A stretch of 64,000 nt of DNA from Felis catus. Its lineage: Eukaryota. The DNA lies in the NCBI RefSeq assembly GCF_018350175.1, contig NC_058374.1, forward strand, positions 82,894,001 through 82,958,000. Reading direction: 5' to 3'. This document shows positions 24,770 to 37,500 of this stretch, in pieces (positions within the stretch are counted from its first letter, which is position 1; each line of letters starts with the position of its first letter). A model generated the notes under the pieces. The model did not search any database, was not told where the DNA came from, and worked only from the letters and a program-made list of their open reading frames with translations. The position numbers and the translations under genes were made by a program.

Positions 24770-27700
24770 CTGAGTCTTTTTGTATACCTGCATATCATAT
24801 CCAATGATCTTAAAAACCAAACCATTTAGATTTTAGTATCAAACAATGAGTACAAATAACCTCACCCCATCTGTGAGTTTTACTCATCCCTGAGCCTCAC
24901 TTCCATTTCCATTCTCAATCCCAGCCCTCATCTGACTCTCACTTTCCTTCTCCTGATTCCAGTCCTGTCCCCAAACCCCATTCCTATTCCTGATCCCCAT
25001 CCTCATCCCTTAGGCCCAAGCTAGAACCATACTCTATCCCTATCCCTGACTCCCATAGCTATCTCTAACTGGAGTGACAGGAATGGGATCAGGAGGTGTG
25101 TTGCATTTAATACTCAATTACATCAATTATATTGATAACTGAAATAAAGCTGAAGATTTTAGCCGAGTGTCAGGTCCAATAGGCCCACTTAGATGGGAAT
25201 GGAATGAGGCAGGTGCCAGTTACAGGGCTGTAGACAGAGCTATCCCAGGGCAAGGGGAGAGCCTGAGCCTGGTCTGGTCTCCCATTCCACCCCCACCACA
25301 CTCCATTGCTTCCTGTACATGTCAACTATAGTGTCAACACCATAGGGACTCTGACACCTGAGTCCCAGGGGGGAGGGTTCCTAACACCACCTTCCCCAGG
25401 AGGGGCTGTGATTGGCTCTGGAGTGTTGCGGCCCACACTGTTCTCAGGTTCTTGCTCAAGCCCTGGGAGACCTACAGCTGACAGACCAGCCTGATACCCT
25501 TGCTCAAGGCCAACTCACAGTTTCAGGTGACGTGAATAGCTGCCCTGGCCTGGCCATTCACCCTTCTTTCTGTGTCCCTCACCCAGAAGTGGCCAATCAG
25601 TACCCAACGGTGCTGTCCTCCCCCTGTGTCTGGCATTTGGCCCTTGGTCCTAGGCAGGGGTCAAGACCTGAAGACCTGCTCACTTCTCTAAGGGCCAGGA
25701 AGCTCTGGGCTCCAGACTCAGGGTTGGGGGCAGAGGTACAGCTCCTTTTACTAACATCTTCGACATATGTGGGTCCTTGCTGTGCCCTCACTACTTCCTG
25801 GGGACCCTCATAGGAACCAAGGCCCAGCAGTCTCCTGGAGAACTGGGCAGATATGTGGGATATAGGAACAAGGGGGTTTAGAGAACAGTACCTTCCAGAT
25901 GGCTAGGATGGCACTGACCTTGATCAGGGAGCTCACAACAATGGCACCAGCATTGACCATGGGGTTATGGGGGATTCCTGGAGAAATACAAACCACCCAG
26001 AGTTTTATTAGCTGCTGAGCAAAGCCTCCTTTACAGCTGGCCTACTCTGCAGGCTAGACAAGAAAAATTTCTTTGCTGGGGAGGATGAAATGACAGAGCT
26101 AATCAGCAAAGTCAGAGAAATAAACAAACAAGGCTGGAGGGATAGGTGGGAATAAGAAGAGGGACATCTATGAGTCTGCCCTGAGCCCTGGTAGTGCTCA
26201 CCTTCCTCATTGAGAGAGAGCTTGTTGTAACGTAGGCNNNNNNNNNNNNNNNNNNNNNNNNNNNNNNNNNNNNNNNNNNNNNNNNNNNNNNNNNNNNNNN
26301 NNNNNNNNNNNNNNNNNNNNNNNNNNNNNNNNNNNNNNNNNNNNNNNNNNNNNNNNNNNNNNNNNNNNNGGGCAGATAGGTGCCATGAAAGGGATCAGCC
26401 TATGTTCTGCACCCGTGCTCTGCCTCCCCTTCCTCTCACCCAGCATCTTACCGCTGACCATCCACAGTGCACAGGGAGACACCCCACAGGTCTGGATTGG
26501 ATTTGGCCAGCTGAGGGATGTAGGCCGCCACCTGGGCATGAGTGGGGAGACAAAACAGACAGAATGGAGATATGGATGTAGAGGGGGAACAGAGATAATC
26601 AGAGTCAGGATAAAGGTGAAAATTCTGTCTTCTGAAGGGCAATAGGGTTCCCTCCTGCCTATTGTTCTCAGGGACACCCAAGCCTTAAGTCCAAGAAGGC
26701 CTTAGCTTTCTGTAGCTCTATTCCTATAGAGATGGCTGTAAAGCCTACGGAAAGTAAAAAGAGAAAAATTCTGGGTTTTGGTTCTCAGGCTCAATTACCC
26801 TATAGGTCTCTTTCAAAGTTCGATTGAATCCTTTATGCCACTTGTCCCCTAAGAAACTTCAGATTCCTTCACCTGCTCTAGAAATCACATGTATAGAAAT
26901 ACATAAAGCATTTGTCCCCATTTTTAGAGGTTCTGCTTATCTCTCATCCATGGATTCCCAGCCCCAAGAAATTTCCAAGAAGCAAGGTATATCTGGCCCA
27001 GAGCCCTTGCCCCTCCCTTAGTCCCCTGGCCCTCACTTTGCCTCCAGTGAGCTCTTTGGCATCCTCAAAGATGCGATCCACATGGCTCGTGAACTCCTCA
27101 AAATCAGGAATGACAAACTTCTTTCGGAATGCCTGGGTCAGGAGCACAATGTTGCTGCTCACACACCTGGATCCCAGACACGATTGGGTTAGGGGGCTGG
27201 AGAGATGCAGCTGTGACTCACTCTGGAGCCATGGAAGTTGGGAATAAAGAAGGCGTGAGTGGTCATGAAGTTTGGGACCAACAGCTCTATAACCTTTGGC
27301 ATGTCACTTTATCTTTCTGGGTCTTAAGTTTCTTTTGCCTCTAAAATGAGGGGTTGTTGTAATGATGTGGAAAGATACCCCAAGACAGTGTCTTGGGATA
27401 TAAGAAAAAAATACCCATATAATATGCATAGTGGGCCACCTTTATATTTTAAGAATCCTAAGTCATATAAGTATATTTATATATATTCCTGTATGTATGT
27501 AAATGCATAGGACGTTATCTAGAAGATACCCACTAATCTGTTAACAATGTTTACTTCTGGGAAAGGGGACTGGGATTGGGGAGAGAGGGAAAGGAGAACA
27601 TGTATTTCTATATTGTTTGAACTTATTATATATAATGAGTATATGCATGTTCATATGTTACTTGTGTAATAAGTAATAAAACGAAGGGTCAAACTATCCA

Positions 27701-29596
27701 ATCCCCAAGAGCCCTCCCTGCTATTATAGTCTATGTCCACATCAGTTTTGAGAGTGGGTGCCCTTGTTTCTGGGGCCCTCACTTTTGGAAGAGATCTCGG
27801 TCCAAGAGGCCACCACTGCTGGACTCTCGAACCATGCGGCGCATCTGGCTCATGCAGTCCCGAAGCCGGGGATCTGATGTCTGCAGTCCAGTGGCCTTCA
27901 GTGCCTTTAGGGAAAAGAAGAAGCCTGGTAAGGTCAACTACAAGGACAGCAATGCAATCCTAATATTCTTTCCCAATGGATAACAACTAGCTCAATCCCA
28001 ACTACTGTAATAGGTGGAACAAATGGGTTTGCAGACTAAGAAAGGAGAGAATTGTGCAGCTATGGAGACTGATAAAGGTTTCCTGCCCTTTTTTATCAAG
28101 GAAGCTGGTTCCTGAACCCTTGGGGTCAAAGTCTCAAACCAAGAAGAATGGCTGAATCAGAGGGTTTCATCTTCCTACCCTGGTCCAGAGACTGGACTGC
28201 CTTATGAATCTAGACATCTACTACCATATTGCTACCATGGCCCGTTAGCCATCCCCCCACTTCCCAGAGATCCTGAAGATTCAGTGTTCTGAGCAGGTAG
28301 AGAGGAACTTACAGTAGTGAACTTGTGGATAGGGATTCGTTCCTGTCCCTCAGCAATAGTGTAGAAGAGCAGATCACCCAGGCGCGACAGCATGCCACTC
28401 TCTGATGAATCACTGTTTGGGGGCAGAGATAGGGGAGGAGGATAGGAACGTGAGAACTGCTCCCTGCTTCTCCTCCTAGAACATGGCCTTATAAGTAGAT
28501 AGGTGTCCTCACTCTATGCCTCCTCCCTGAACCAGCTGATCTAGCCCTATAATTCCAACTTTCACATCTGTCCTGAGAAGTCAAATCTTACTGTCTAGCT
28601 TTCTTTTGTTCCTAACCTTCAGACCTTTATTTCTAGCTGCTTTCTAGACATTTCCATTTCTAGATGTCCCATAGGGCACTGCCAAACTCAAAATGTCCAA
28701 GTGTCCAAATGTCATTTCCCCTCCCTCCCTCTGCTCCTCTTCTGTGCTTCCCATTTGGGTTAATAGCCGTATCACTCACCCAGGTGCCAACCCAGAAATG
28801 TGGAATCATTTGGATAATTCCCATACCTTATATCCATGTTCAGTTGGTAACCCACACTATGTCTCTCAAATCCACCCTGTTTTCTTCCTTTGTGCCAGCA
28901 TGGCACAGTATAAAGAACAAGAGTTTGCCCCTTAATAGCTGTGTGACCTTAATATAGATAGGAAATCAGGTTATTTAATAATGCTGAACATGCTTCCTCA
29001 TCTGTAAAATAAGGGTAGTAATATGTGCTTTACATGGATGAAGTAGGCTTAATTAACAAAACATTTAGTGGAAAATGGTCTTTTATAAAGTAAATGCTCA
29101 GTAAACCATGCTTCATCATCAGCTCCATATTGTCTGTTCCCTAACTGCTACCACCCTCCCTTGACTTCCAACCCATCTTCCACAATGTGCCAGTTAACTT
29201 TCTAAAAGTCAAATATCATTTCTCTACTCAAAAACCTTTGATAGCTCTCCAGTGCCTACACATAAATTATTTCTTGGTATGGCATTCAAGGCTCTTAAAA
29301 CCTACCAACATTCTTTTTCTATTCTCCACCATGTCCCAACACTTCAGTTACGCCAGATAACAGGTAGGTCCTTGTGGACCAGACATGGTTAGGCTTCCTG
29401 GCCTTTGCTTATGCTGCAGCTTCTGCATGAAATTACCTTTTTCTCCCTTCACTTGGAAAAGTCCTGCTCATCCTTCAAGGTCCAGATCAAATGTTACTAA
29501 TTCTATAAAGGCTTCCTCAAACCTCCCAATATTGTTTATGCTGCTGGTATGACACAACACACCATCTTACTGACAGAAGACTCCATTGCTCCACTG

Positions 29597-29642
<46 letters not shown>

Positions 29643-30066
29643 AGCATCAACATTCTTTATTTTTATTAAATTAGAAGTACAAGAGTGCCTGGGTGACTCA
29701 GTTGGTTAAGCATCCGACTGTTGATCTTAGCTCAGGTCTTTATCTCAGGATTACGAGTTCAAGCCCCATGTTGGGCTCTACGCCCAGCATGGAGCCTATT
29801 AAAAAAAAAAAAAAAGAAGTACATTGCAAAATCATAAACAGGTACGATAATATTTTGGATTACAGATTAAATTCAAAATAAAAAGATGTAGGGGTACCTG
29901 GGTGGCTCACTGGTTGTGTCCAACTTCGGCTCAGGTCATGATCTCACAGTTCATGAGTTTGAGCCCCACGTGGGTCTCTCTGCTGTCAGTGAGGAGCCTG
30001 CTTCAGATCCTCTCTCCCCTTCTCTCTGCCTTTGCCCCACCCTCATGCACTCTCTTTCTCAAAAAA

Positions 30067-30109
<43 letters not shown>

Positions 30110-33100
30110 AATTAAAAAAATAAAATGACGTAAAATTTTTAAAAAATATTTTAAGTAATCTCTACACCCAATGTGGGGCTCGAACTCACAACCTCAAGAT
30201 CAAGAGGTGCATGCTCCACTGACTGAGCCAACCAGGTGCCCCAAGATGTAAAAATTTCTAATTCCAATTTTTCTGATTTGAAATTAGAAAACACCTTAAA
30301 AAAAAAATCTCCTACCCCCCCTTACCCATTTTGCACATCCTACCATCCCCTCTCTCCAGGTCTTTGTGTTTTGGATACCTAGGTCTTCCTAACATTGAGC
30401 GAAGTCCCTAGCACACAGTGGGTCTTCAATAAAGAATTACCAAGTTACGTTTCTAGGAAGGTCCCTATTGCCCAAAATATCTCTCTTGCTGGCTTATAAT
30501 GCTTAACATTCCAGGTATTAAAAACTTCTTGGTCTTCAAGAGTTCTATTAATATGTTAACAGATTTAGAGAAATTATTTTATCAGATCATTCCAAATATG
30601 ACAGCTATTTGAGATTAAGACCCTTTAATATCTTTGATCCAACAATTTGACTTCCAGGTATTTATCTCGTAAGTGTACTTACATACCTACAAAATAACAT
30701 ATTCCCATTTATTGCATTGTTAGTAATAGTAGTACTAGAAACAATGTAAATGTGCATCAACAGGGAACTGCTTAAATTATGGTACATTCATGTAATGGAA
30801 TATTATGCAGTATAAAAAAGAAGAGATGAGAGAATTCTTTAAGTACTGATATGGAATGATCCCTAACATGTCATATTAACTAAAATAAGCCATCTGTAAA
30901 ACTGTTCATAGTATGGTACTATTTATGTTTAAAAGGAAAAAATATGTTTGCCTTTACAAGCACAAAATATTTCTGGAAGGATATATATGAAACCTGTTAA
31001 AAAATAAAAAGAAACCTGTAAGCCTGATTTACCTTCCTCTAGGGTGATGAAGCAAGTGCTGGGCAAAAGGAGTGGGAGGGATACTTCCCACTATATATCT
31101 TTTTGCATATTTTGAGCCATATGAATATGTATATATTATTTATTGAATATGGACATATTATCTATTGAAACAAGGCATTAAAAAATTAAAAGTCTCTCAA
31201 GAAGCTTGGCATAGACCAGGCATGTGTGTGTTTAGGGTCAGGGGTCAGAAAGAATACCAGGAGAGGGGTGTTTTCTTGTTTCTGAGGAAATCCAACTGTC
31301 ACAATGAGGCTAGTGCCTATAAGGAGGACAGAGTCCATCTGGTGATAGAAGAAGGGAGGAGGAAAAAGCTATATGAGGAATAACGCAAGAAGGAAATTAT
31401 GTAGGAACATTTAGAGGGCAAGTCTCTGTGCCTGGAAGCTGAGGGAAGACAGGAAATAATGCCATACCACTGAAGTATAACAAGCCTTAAGAAAATTGCA
31501 AACCCTTTGGCCCAGATAAGGATTGATCTATGATATAATGTTGAGGGGCAAAAAAGCAAGGTGCAGAACAATGTGTATACCATGATACCATTTTCATAAA
31601 AAAGAAAGGAAAAAAATATCAACATGTATTTGCTGATATATGCATACAATATCTTTAGAAGGTTATACAAGATATCGATGACAGGATGACAGGTGTCCCT
31701 GGGGAGCAAAATTTCCTAGGAATTTACTCTAAGAAATAATTGAACCGGTCCACAAGAATATGTAGTAACCAGATTGAAGACTAGTTAAATAAATTATGAT
31801 ACCTCACACAATGGAATCTTAAAATGGCTAAATAGCAGCCACTAAAATGACAATAATATCACACACACACATTCAATGGTATTAAAAGCTGTTTATAAAT
31901 GAAAAAGGTTACCAAGGAATATGAAGACTGTAATCCTATTTTTGTTAAAATTTTATATATACGTATATAGGGTATGTCTGGATATACACCACAATATTAA
32001 TGGTTACCTCTAATTTGGGATCTTTATTTTCTTCTTGATACTCTATCTTATTTTTCTTTTATAATCAGGAATAACAAAGCTAAATATTAAAAAAACAAAC
32101 AAGAACCTGAATACCAGGGCATTTTCTCTTTTCTGCCTTCCTTCTCCCCCACCCCCCAAACACAAGAAACCCTCCCCATCATGGTGTCACACTCCAGAGC
32201 CAATCCCCCTCCAGTGCTCTCAATTCCTTTTGCTTAAGGGAGAACCAGATCAAGGCTCCTACTAAGAATTGCCTGGGAGCAAAGGCAGCCATAGGCAGGA
32301 GGATCAAGGTTCCCCAAAACACTTCCATCACCAGACACCAGTGGGTAAGGAAGTATGTGTAGAAGGAACCAGGGATACTACTTGCTTCCCAGGAGGTTTA
32401 AAGGTGAGGGAGATTAAGGCTTTGCTCTATCCCACCATTTCTCCCATGGTGATTATTTGGGGAAAGTTGGAATGGAGAGTAGAATGAGACAGAGAGAGGG
32501 CTTATTCTTTAAAATTTAAATGTTCCATGTTTCCTTGAGAAGCAGCTGATGGAAAAGGACAGCCTAATAAATAATGATAAATAAATTATACCTTACTGGT
32601 CTGTTACCTGTCAGGACAGGGGCTCCAGTGGTGGTGAGGCAGTGCTGTGTCTATCTGGCTACTTTAATTATGATATGCATGTCTTTCTGAATGTCATCAG
32701 TACATGTCAATGACAGGAGAGATGGTCCATTTTCTGGTCCTGCTATGATAGTGCAGGGACTACTTGGACAGTGTCTATGTTGCCTGCTGGAAAGGACAAA
32801 ATTCCCTGCTCAGCTCCGTCTGTGTCTCGGAGAAAAGAGGCTCAGCCACCAAGTTTTCCTGGGTGGAGGAGAGAGGTGCAGCCTCTGGGGCAGAATAATA
32901 AATAGCCCAAGGGATGAGAACCCTTCAAATCAGGGAGCCTGAGCAGCACAAATAACGGCTGACTGGTTCTGGTTTGGGAAATCTGAGCCTTGTAATTTTT
33001 TACCCAATTATAACGATTTTCCTCATTTAACAACCAACTGGAAAACCACTCTCATTCTACAGATTAGGAGCCCCGATAACGCACACATCCAACACATATG

Positions 33101-33799
33101 CAAACGACACACCACGTACCTGCGCACTAATACACGCGCATCACACATTACACGCCGAGGACATGCCAAAACACAGACACACCATACAGATGGACAGACA
33201 CAAGTACACCAAGACTCGAGGAGGAGGCTGTTCCATACCCACTCATCCCCTAAAATACATCCGAGGACCTAGGAGAGGGAAGGTGAGGATGCGCGTTGCG
33301 CACACGGCCCTGCACTCAGACACGTGCACCAACCAACACGCCGCGCTTGTCTGCGTTCCCAGTTAAGTACGCACCTTGGACAGGCACCATCCCGAGGACC
33401 GACCTGCCCAAACGCCCTCCCGGGCGGACGGCATGTTACCGCCCGAGCGCGGCGGACCCAAAACCCCAGATCTAAAAGAAAAGGCATCGCAGGCTAGTGA
33501 GCGAGAAGAGAAGGGGAGATGAGGTGCGCTCTCGGGGTAAGGGTACTCCGAGCTGGCGACAACGACAGTGGGAGTGGGAGCGAGCCTGTTCCCCTGCCCC
33601 TGTCCCGCAAGCCTTACTGATCCCGGTGCTGCGGCTGGTGGCTGTGCGGCGTCTCTCTGCCCAGCGCCGCGGCCTCACTGAGGTGGTGCCGGACGCCCCC
33701 GCCAAGAAGAGGGCTCCGGCTCAGGTGACCCCAGCCTCCCAGCCAGCAGTGACTGCCGGCCCCGCTCAGCGCATTCTGCAGAGCCCTCATAGAGCGCAT
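20067..33799 (-). CDS. GLS2: Glutaminase 2 (liver-type, GAB isoform), 18 exons, ~602 aa
   Basis: 17 fully visible GT-AG exons with consistent phases plus exon 6, which is partly in an N gap. Total 1809 nt if exon 6 is 164 nt. Glutaminase domain, ankyrin repeats and C-terminal ESMV. Confidence 0.97.
20357..20420 (-). CDS. GLS2: GLS2 exon 17
   Basis: [21 protein letters not shown]; 64 nt. Confidence 0.95.
20832..20908 (-). CDS. GLS2: GLS2 exon 16
   Basis: [26 protein letters not shown] (ankyrin); 77 nt. Confidence 0.95.
21269..21479 (-). mobile_element. CAN-SINE in GLS2 intron 15
   Basis: TSD TAAAATAATCTC at 21257-21268 and 21480-21491. Confidence 0.88.
21611..21672 (-). CDS. GLS2: GLS2 exon 15
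   Basis: [21 protein letters not shown]; 62 nt. Confidence 0.95.
21842..21934 (-). CDS. GLS2: GLS2 exon 14
   Basis: [31 protein letters not shown]; 93 nt. Confidence 0.95.
22048..22179 (-). CDS. GLS2: GLS2 exon 13
   Basis: [22 protein letters not shown]...[11 protein letters not shown]; 132 nt. Confidence 0.96.
22855..23031 (-). CDS. GLS2: GLS2 exon 12
   Basis: [22 protein letters not shown]...[13 protein letters not shown]; 177 nt. Confidence 0.96.
23253..23303 (-). CDS. GLS2: GLS2 exon 11
   Basis: [17 protein letters not shown]; 51 nt. Confidence 0.95.
23456..23522 (-). CDS. GLS2: GLS2 exon 10
   Basis: [22 protein letters not shown]; 67 nt. Confidence 0.95.
23855..24055 (+). mobile_element. 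CAN-SINE in GLS2 intron 9
   Basis: Consensus head and AATAAA/A tail. Confidence 0.85.
24245..24303 (-). CDS. GLS2: GLS2 exon 9
   Basis: [20 protein letters not shown]; 59 nt. Confidence 0.95.
24587..24619 (-). CDS. GLS2: GLS2 exon 8
   Basis: [11 protein letters not shown]; 33 nt. Confidence 0.93.
25919..25977 (-). CDS. GLS2: GLS2 exon 7
   Basis: [19 protein letters not shown]; 59 nt. Confidence 0.95.
26202..26365 (-). CDS. GLS2: GLS2 exon 6 (mostly in N gap 26238-26369; start inferred)
   Basis: Visible 3' end [12 protein letters not shown] with donor AAG|GTGAGC; start assumes the usual 164 nt length. Confidence 0.8.
26452..26531 (-). CDS. GLS2: GLS2 exon 5
   Basis: [27 protein letters not shown]; 80 nt. 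Confidence 0.95.
27037..27166 (-). CDS. GLS2: GLS2 exon 4
   Basis: [25 protein letters not shown]...LTGGK; 130 nt. Confidence 0.95.
27783..27904 (-). CDS. GLS2: GLS2 exon 3
   Basis: [18 protein letters not shown]...DRDLFQK; 122 nt. Confidence 0.95.
28313..28412 (-). CDS. GLS2: GLS2 exon 2
   Basis: [33 protein letters not shown]; AG/GT; 100 nt. Confidence 0.95.
29598..29640. repeat. (TG)n microsatellite in GLS2 intron 1
   Basis: Direct observation. Confidence 0.95.
29683..30243. mobile_element. Three CAN-SINEs in GLS2 intron 1
   Basis: Heads near 29683 (+), 29890 (+) and 30243 (-); (TAAA)n tail at 30066-30110. Confidence 0.8.
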
Positions 33800-34560
33800 C
33801 CCCCCAGCGCGCCGCCAGCTCTGCCCGAGCGACCTAGGAGTCTGAGCCGTGGCTGGAGGGAGGGGCGGAGGAATCGCGAACGCCGCGAGGTGGAAGGAGC
33901 TCTATGTTGGAGTGCGGCGCCCCGGCTGTGGAGGGGAGGAGGGGCCCAGTGGGTGGGGTTGGAGCAGGAGGAGGGGCCCTAAATGTCTCCGGGTCTCTAA
34001 ATGTCTCCGGCCCCTGCCAGGTGCACTCAATCCCCACCTAGAGAGGGGATGGGCGAGGAGTGCAAGGTATCTAAGGAGAGAAAGCTGCGGAGGATAATTA
34101 GCGGGTGGAACCAGAGAGCCGTGCCCGAAGTTGGGATGGACAATGCCCAGGTCCAATCATTGGGGAAGCAAAGACCTTGGGGGCGGAGAAAAGATGAAGT
34201 TACCCAATTGAGAGCAAGGCAGTGGGTCGTCCGCAAAAGCCTTGCGGATTCTTTAGTGCCTTGACACCCTGCGGCAGCCTTGCGTACAGACGTTGAGGGC
34301 GGGAAAGCCGAGGCTTGGCGATTGCGAAGCTCCCGGAGGACGCGGCGGCTTCAGAACCATGGAATTCTCGGAGAGAGAGGAGAGCGGTACCTCTCTGCAC
34401 TCAGATAAGAGTGAGCCCTTTTCAAGAGGCCACCTAGTGACCTTCAACATTCCAAGGCCGGAACCGGCCACGGTAACCCGCCGCGTAGACCGGCACGGAG
34501 GTCCAACGAACGCGTGGTCTCCGGCACGCGGTATGGGTGAGTGAGGAGTCAGATGGCCGG
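33280..34560. promoter_or_regulatory. GLS2: GLS2 CpG island / promoter
   Basis: High CpG density spanning exon 1 and ~750 nt upstream, with GC boxes and a CCAAT at 34153-34157. Confidence 0.75.
33618..33799 (-). CDS. GLS2: GLS2 exon 1 (coding part)
   Basis: [17 protein letters not shown]...HQPQHRD; donor CA|GTAAGG; 182 nt. Confidence 0.95.
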
Positions 34561-37500
34561 AAAATACCCTGGCAAGAAACAGCCCCTGCGCACTTTAGGG
34601 AGTTCCTGAGGTGGTGAAAAGGTCACCCTGGTGGTTATTAGATTGCCTACGTTCACGTGCTATCTCTACCAATTATTTGGTGGCTGTATAGGGCGTGCCT
34701 GTTCTCGATAGAGCCTTTATACATTTTATAAGCCGTTAAGTGCTCCCAAAATTTTAGTTATTTGAACTACCACACCCTGTATTCCTCACGTAAAAGAAGT
34801 GATATAGAAAAGTAGTGGGTTTTTTTTTTTCTAAAGATTTTATTTTTGAGTAATCCCTGCATTCAACATGGAGCTCGAACTTAAAGCCCCAAGATCAAGA
34901 TTCACACGCTCCACAGACTGAGCCGACCAGGCGCCCCTAGGAGACGAATTTTGAAAGCTAAACACATTCAGGAATTTTATAATTTGCAATTAGGAAAACA
35001 CTCGTCTGTATCTTCACAGTGCCTAACATAGTATCTATATTGAGTAGAAACTCATGTAAATATTAGGTATCATCTAATGCTTGTGGTGTGCCAGCTATTT
35101 TATATAGTCCATCTCTCCCTCTTACCAGAGACCTACAAAGTAGTTATTATTAGTCCCATTTTGAAGATGAGGAAACTAAGACTCGGAAATAGGGCTTCTT
35201 TGAATAAGGTAACCCAGTTGTTATCTAATACCAGAGCTCAGAATCGGACTCAAATCTCTGACTACAAGGCTTTCTCCATCAATGCAGCTCTTCCCAAAAT
35301 TAACTGTTGACTCAGATTATCCCAGGAAATGACACCATCCCTAAAGGAAGCATTTTATGTGGAAGCATTATGATACAGTACTGGGAGTTGTCTAAGGTTG
35401 GCTGTATCACAAACCAGCACCTTTTTTTTTTTTTTAAGATTTTTAATTTTTTTGTTTTTTAAGTAATCTCTACTCCCAATGTGGGGGTTCGATCTTACAA
35501 CCCCGAGATCAAAAGTTGCACACTCTACCGTCACTTTACAGTTTTGGATTAGCGTGAACATCAGGGGTAACTGTGGGAGAAAAAATATCAAAACCATATT
35601 CTGGTGTGTTTTGTGGAAAGGCAGTTCTCCTTTGCGTTGATTAGGGCTGGAGGATTTATTTGGTTTGAAACCAGATAGAGTGACTTTTTTGTTTTTCCCT
35701 CCTGCAGTCATTCCCTATCTGCCCTATCTCACCTATTCAGACTGTCTCTCTAATTGAGGAACCCAGGCTTCCCCTGGGCTGCCTCTTGCATGGCTTCCCC
35801 ATGACTTTAAGAAAGTTCTAGTAGTATAAACTAGAGCTAACGTTAGTTTTTCCAAATGTAACAGGCTAATCTTATCCTTGTTTGACTCAGGAATGTTATT
35901 TCTTTGAAGCTTTTTAAGCCGTGGAGAGACAGGTACCATATGTTAGGGATTTCTAAACATTACCTAGAAGTCATTTGCTTCCTTTTATTTCCTACCCCTG
36001 CTTTTATGAATTAGCCTTAATTATAATCAGTGAGTGATGAGTTCCCCACTCTCTTTCTTTCCAGTTGTCTCTGATAGTAGGAACTGGTTGGTCAGTGAAT
36101 AAAATCTGCCTGTAGAAGGGGAGGTTCTTTGCTTGGAGAACTAGCCCCTAGCTGCCCTTTGACTTTTGTAGTGACTCTTCTTCCACTACAATATTGCTGC
36201 CTTTGTATGAGGAAGGAGCATGAACGAGTGACTTGGGAGGCTCACAGTTTTGTGTAAAGTATAAAATATTCAAGAAGAACAAGCTTGTCGTCCCAGGTAA
36301 TTAAAGCTTGGCAGTGTCCGATCCTTTTTTTTGTTTCAAATTTGAAAAGGACCCATCTAGTTAAATCTGTGCAAAAGTATTAGACAACTGTGACATGGCC
36401 AGCTAGAAATGAGTTTTTAATAAGTTAAAGAAATCTCTGTCATGTCTAATAGTAGGTTTTTAGGTCAGCCCTGGATGTGCCAGAGTTTTGTGGTATATGA
36501 GGGAGGATTGGTCTTAATGATTTTGAAACCTAAATCAGAAAAGCCAAATCCTCTGGGACAAAATTGGAAACTTGATGTTTAAGGAATGTTTATTATGATT
36601 TAGAGATTCTCATTTGTTCTCTTTAGATTGTAGCTAGAATGTTGATTAGTGCAAGTGACAGATTATTTCACCTTAAGGTTTTTTTCATTAATTTTTGTTC
36701 TGCTAATGTTACTATTGGTGCACATGCCTTCCTGCCTTAGTTTCTCCATTTGCAAAAGATAATCTTGTATAATTATATAAGTACTAGGAGCTCTGACATA
36801 GTCATCTTCCATTCATTCAGTGAGTATTTATTCATTGGCCTGTGGTGTGCCAGGCCTGGATCTAGGGAATCCAGAAATTAAGCAAAAACAACACCAGTTT
36901 CTGACTATTGGAAGAAATGAGAATGCAGTGTTTAAAATTAAGAAAAATGCCGAGACGAGAGATGTAGAAGGAAGTATAAACAAGAGGCCCCTGGGGCCCC
37001 TGGGTGGCTCAGTTGGTTAAGTGTCCAACTTTGGCTGAGGTCATGATCTCATGGTTTGTGAGTTCAAGCCCCGCATCGAATTTTCTGCTGTAAGTGTGGA
37101 GCTTGCTTGGGATCCTCTGCCCGCCCCCCTCTCTCTCCCTCGCTCCCTCACTCTCTCTCAAAAATAAATAAACATTAAAAAAAAGGGGTGAGGCACCTAA
37201 CCAGGGTCAGGTAAAAGGTAGCTGAGATACAGGGGAAGGAACCTCAAGAAATGTTGGGTGATGGGAGCCAACTCTTAAAGGATGAGAAGTGTTTCCCTGG
37301 ATGGAGATGAGGAAAAAGGTATTCTAGACAGAGCTCTTCCATAACATAGCATGAGAGGAACATTTGAGGGACTCTAGGTCAGTTGGTTGGAGTGAAAGTT
37401 TGGTTGGGTGTGAGAATGTGTGGATCAGTGAAGCTGAGTATATAGGTGGCGTCTCATCATAAACAGTATGTACGTATGTACGTATCTGAGTAGGCTCCAT

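Noticed and set aside
24860-25070. CCCATC/CCTCATCC-rich stretch in GLS2 intron 7
   Set aside because: Degenerate low-complexity sequence without regular period.
33159-33438. p53 half-site-like decamers in GLS2 intron 1 (GGACATGCCA, CGGCATGTTA)
   Set aside because: GLS2 is a known p53 target, but these are isolated imperfect half-sites and I see no paired element.
33497-34544. Many overlapping ORFs in the GLS2 CpG island
   Set aside because: Expected from stop-codon scarcity in GC-rich DNA.
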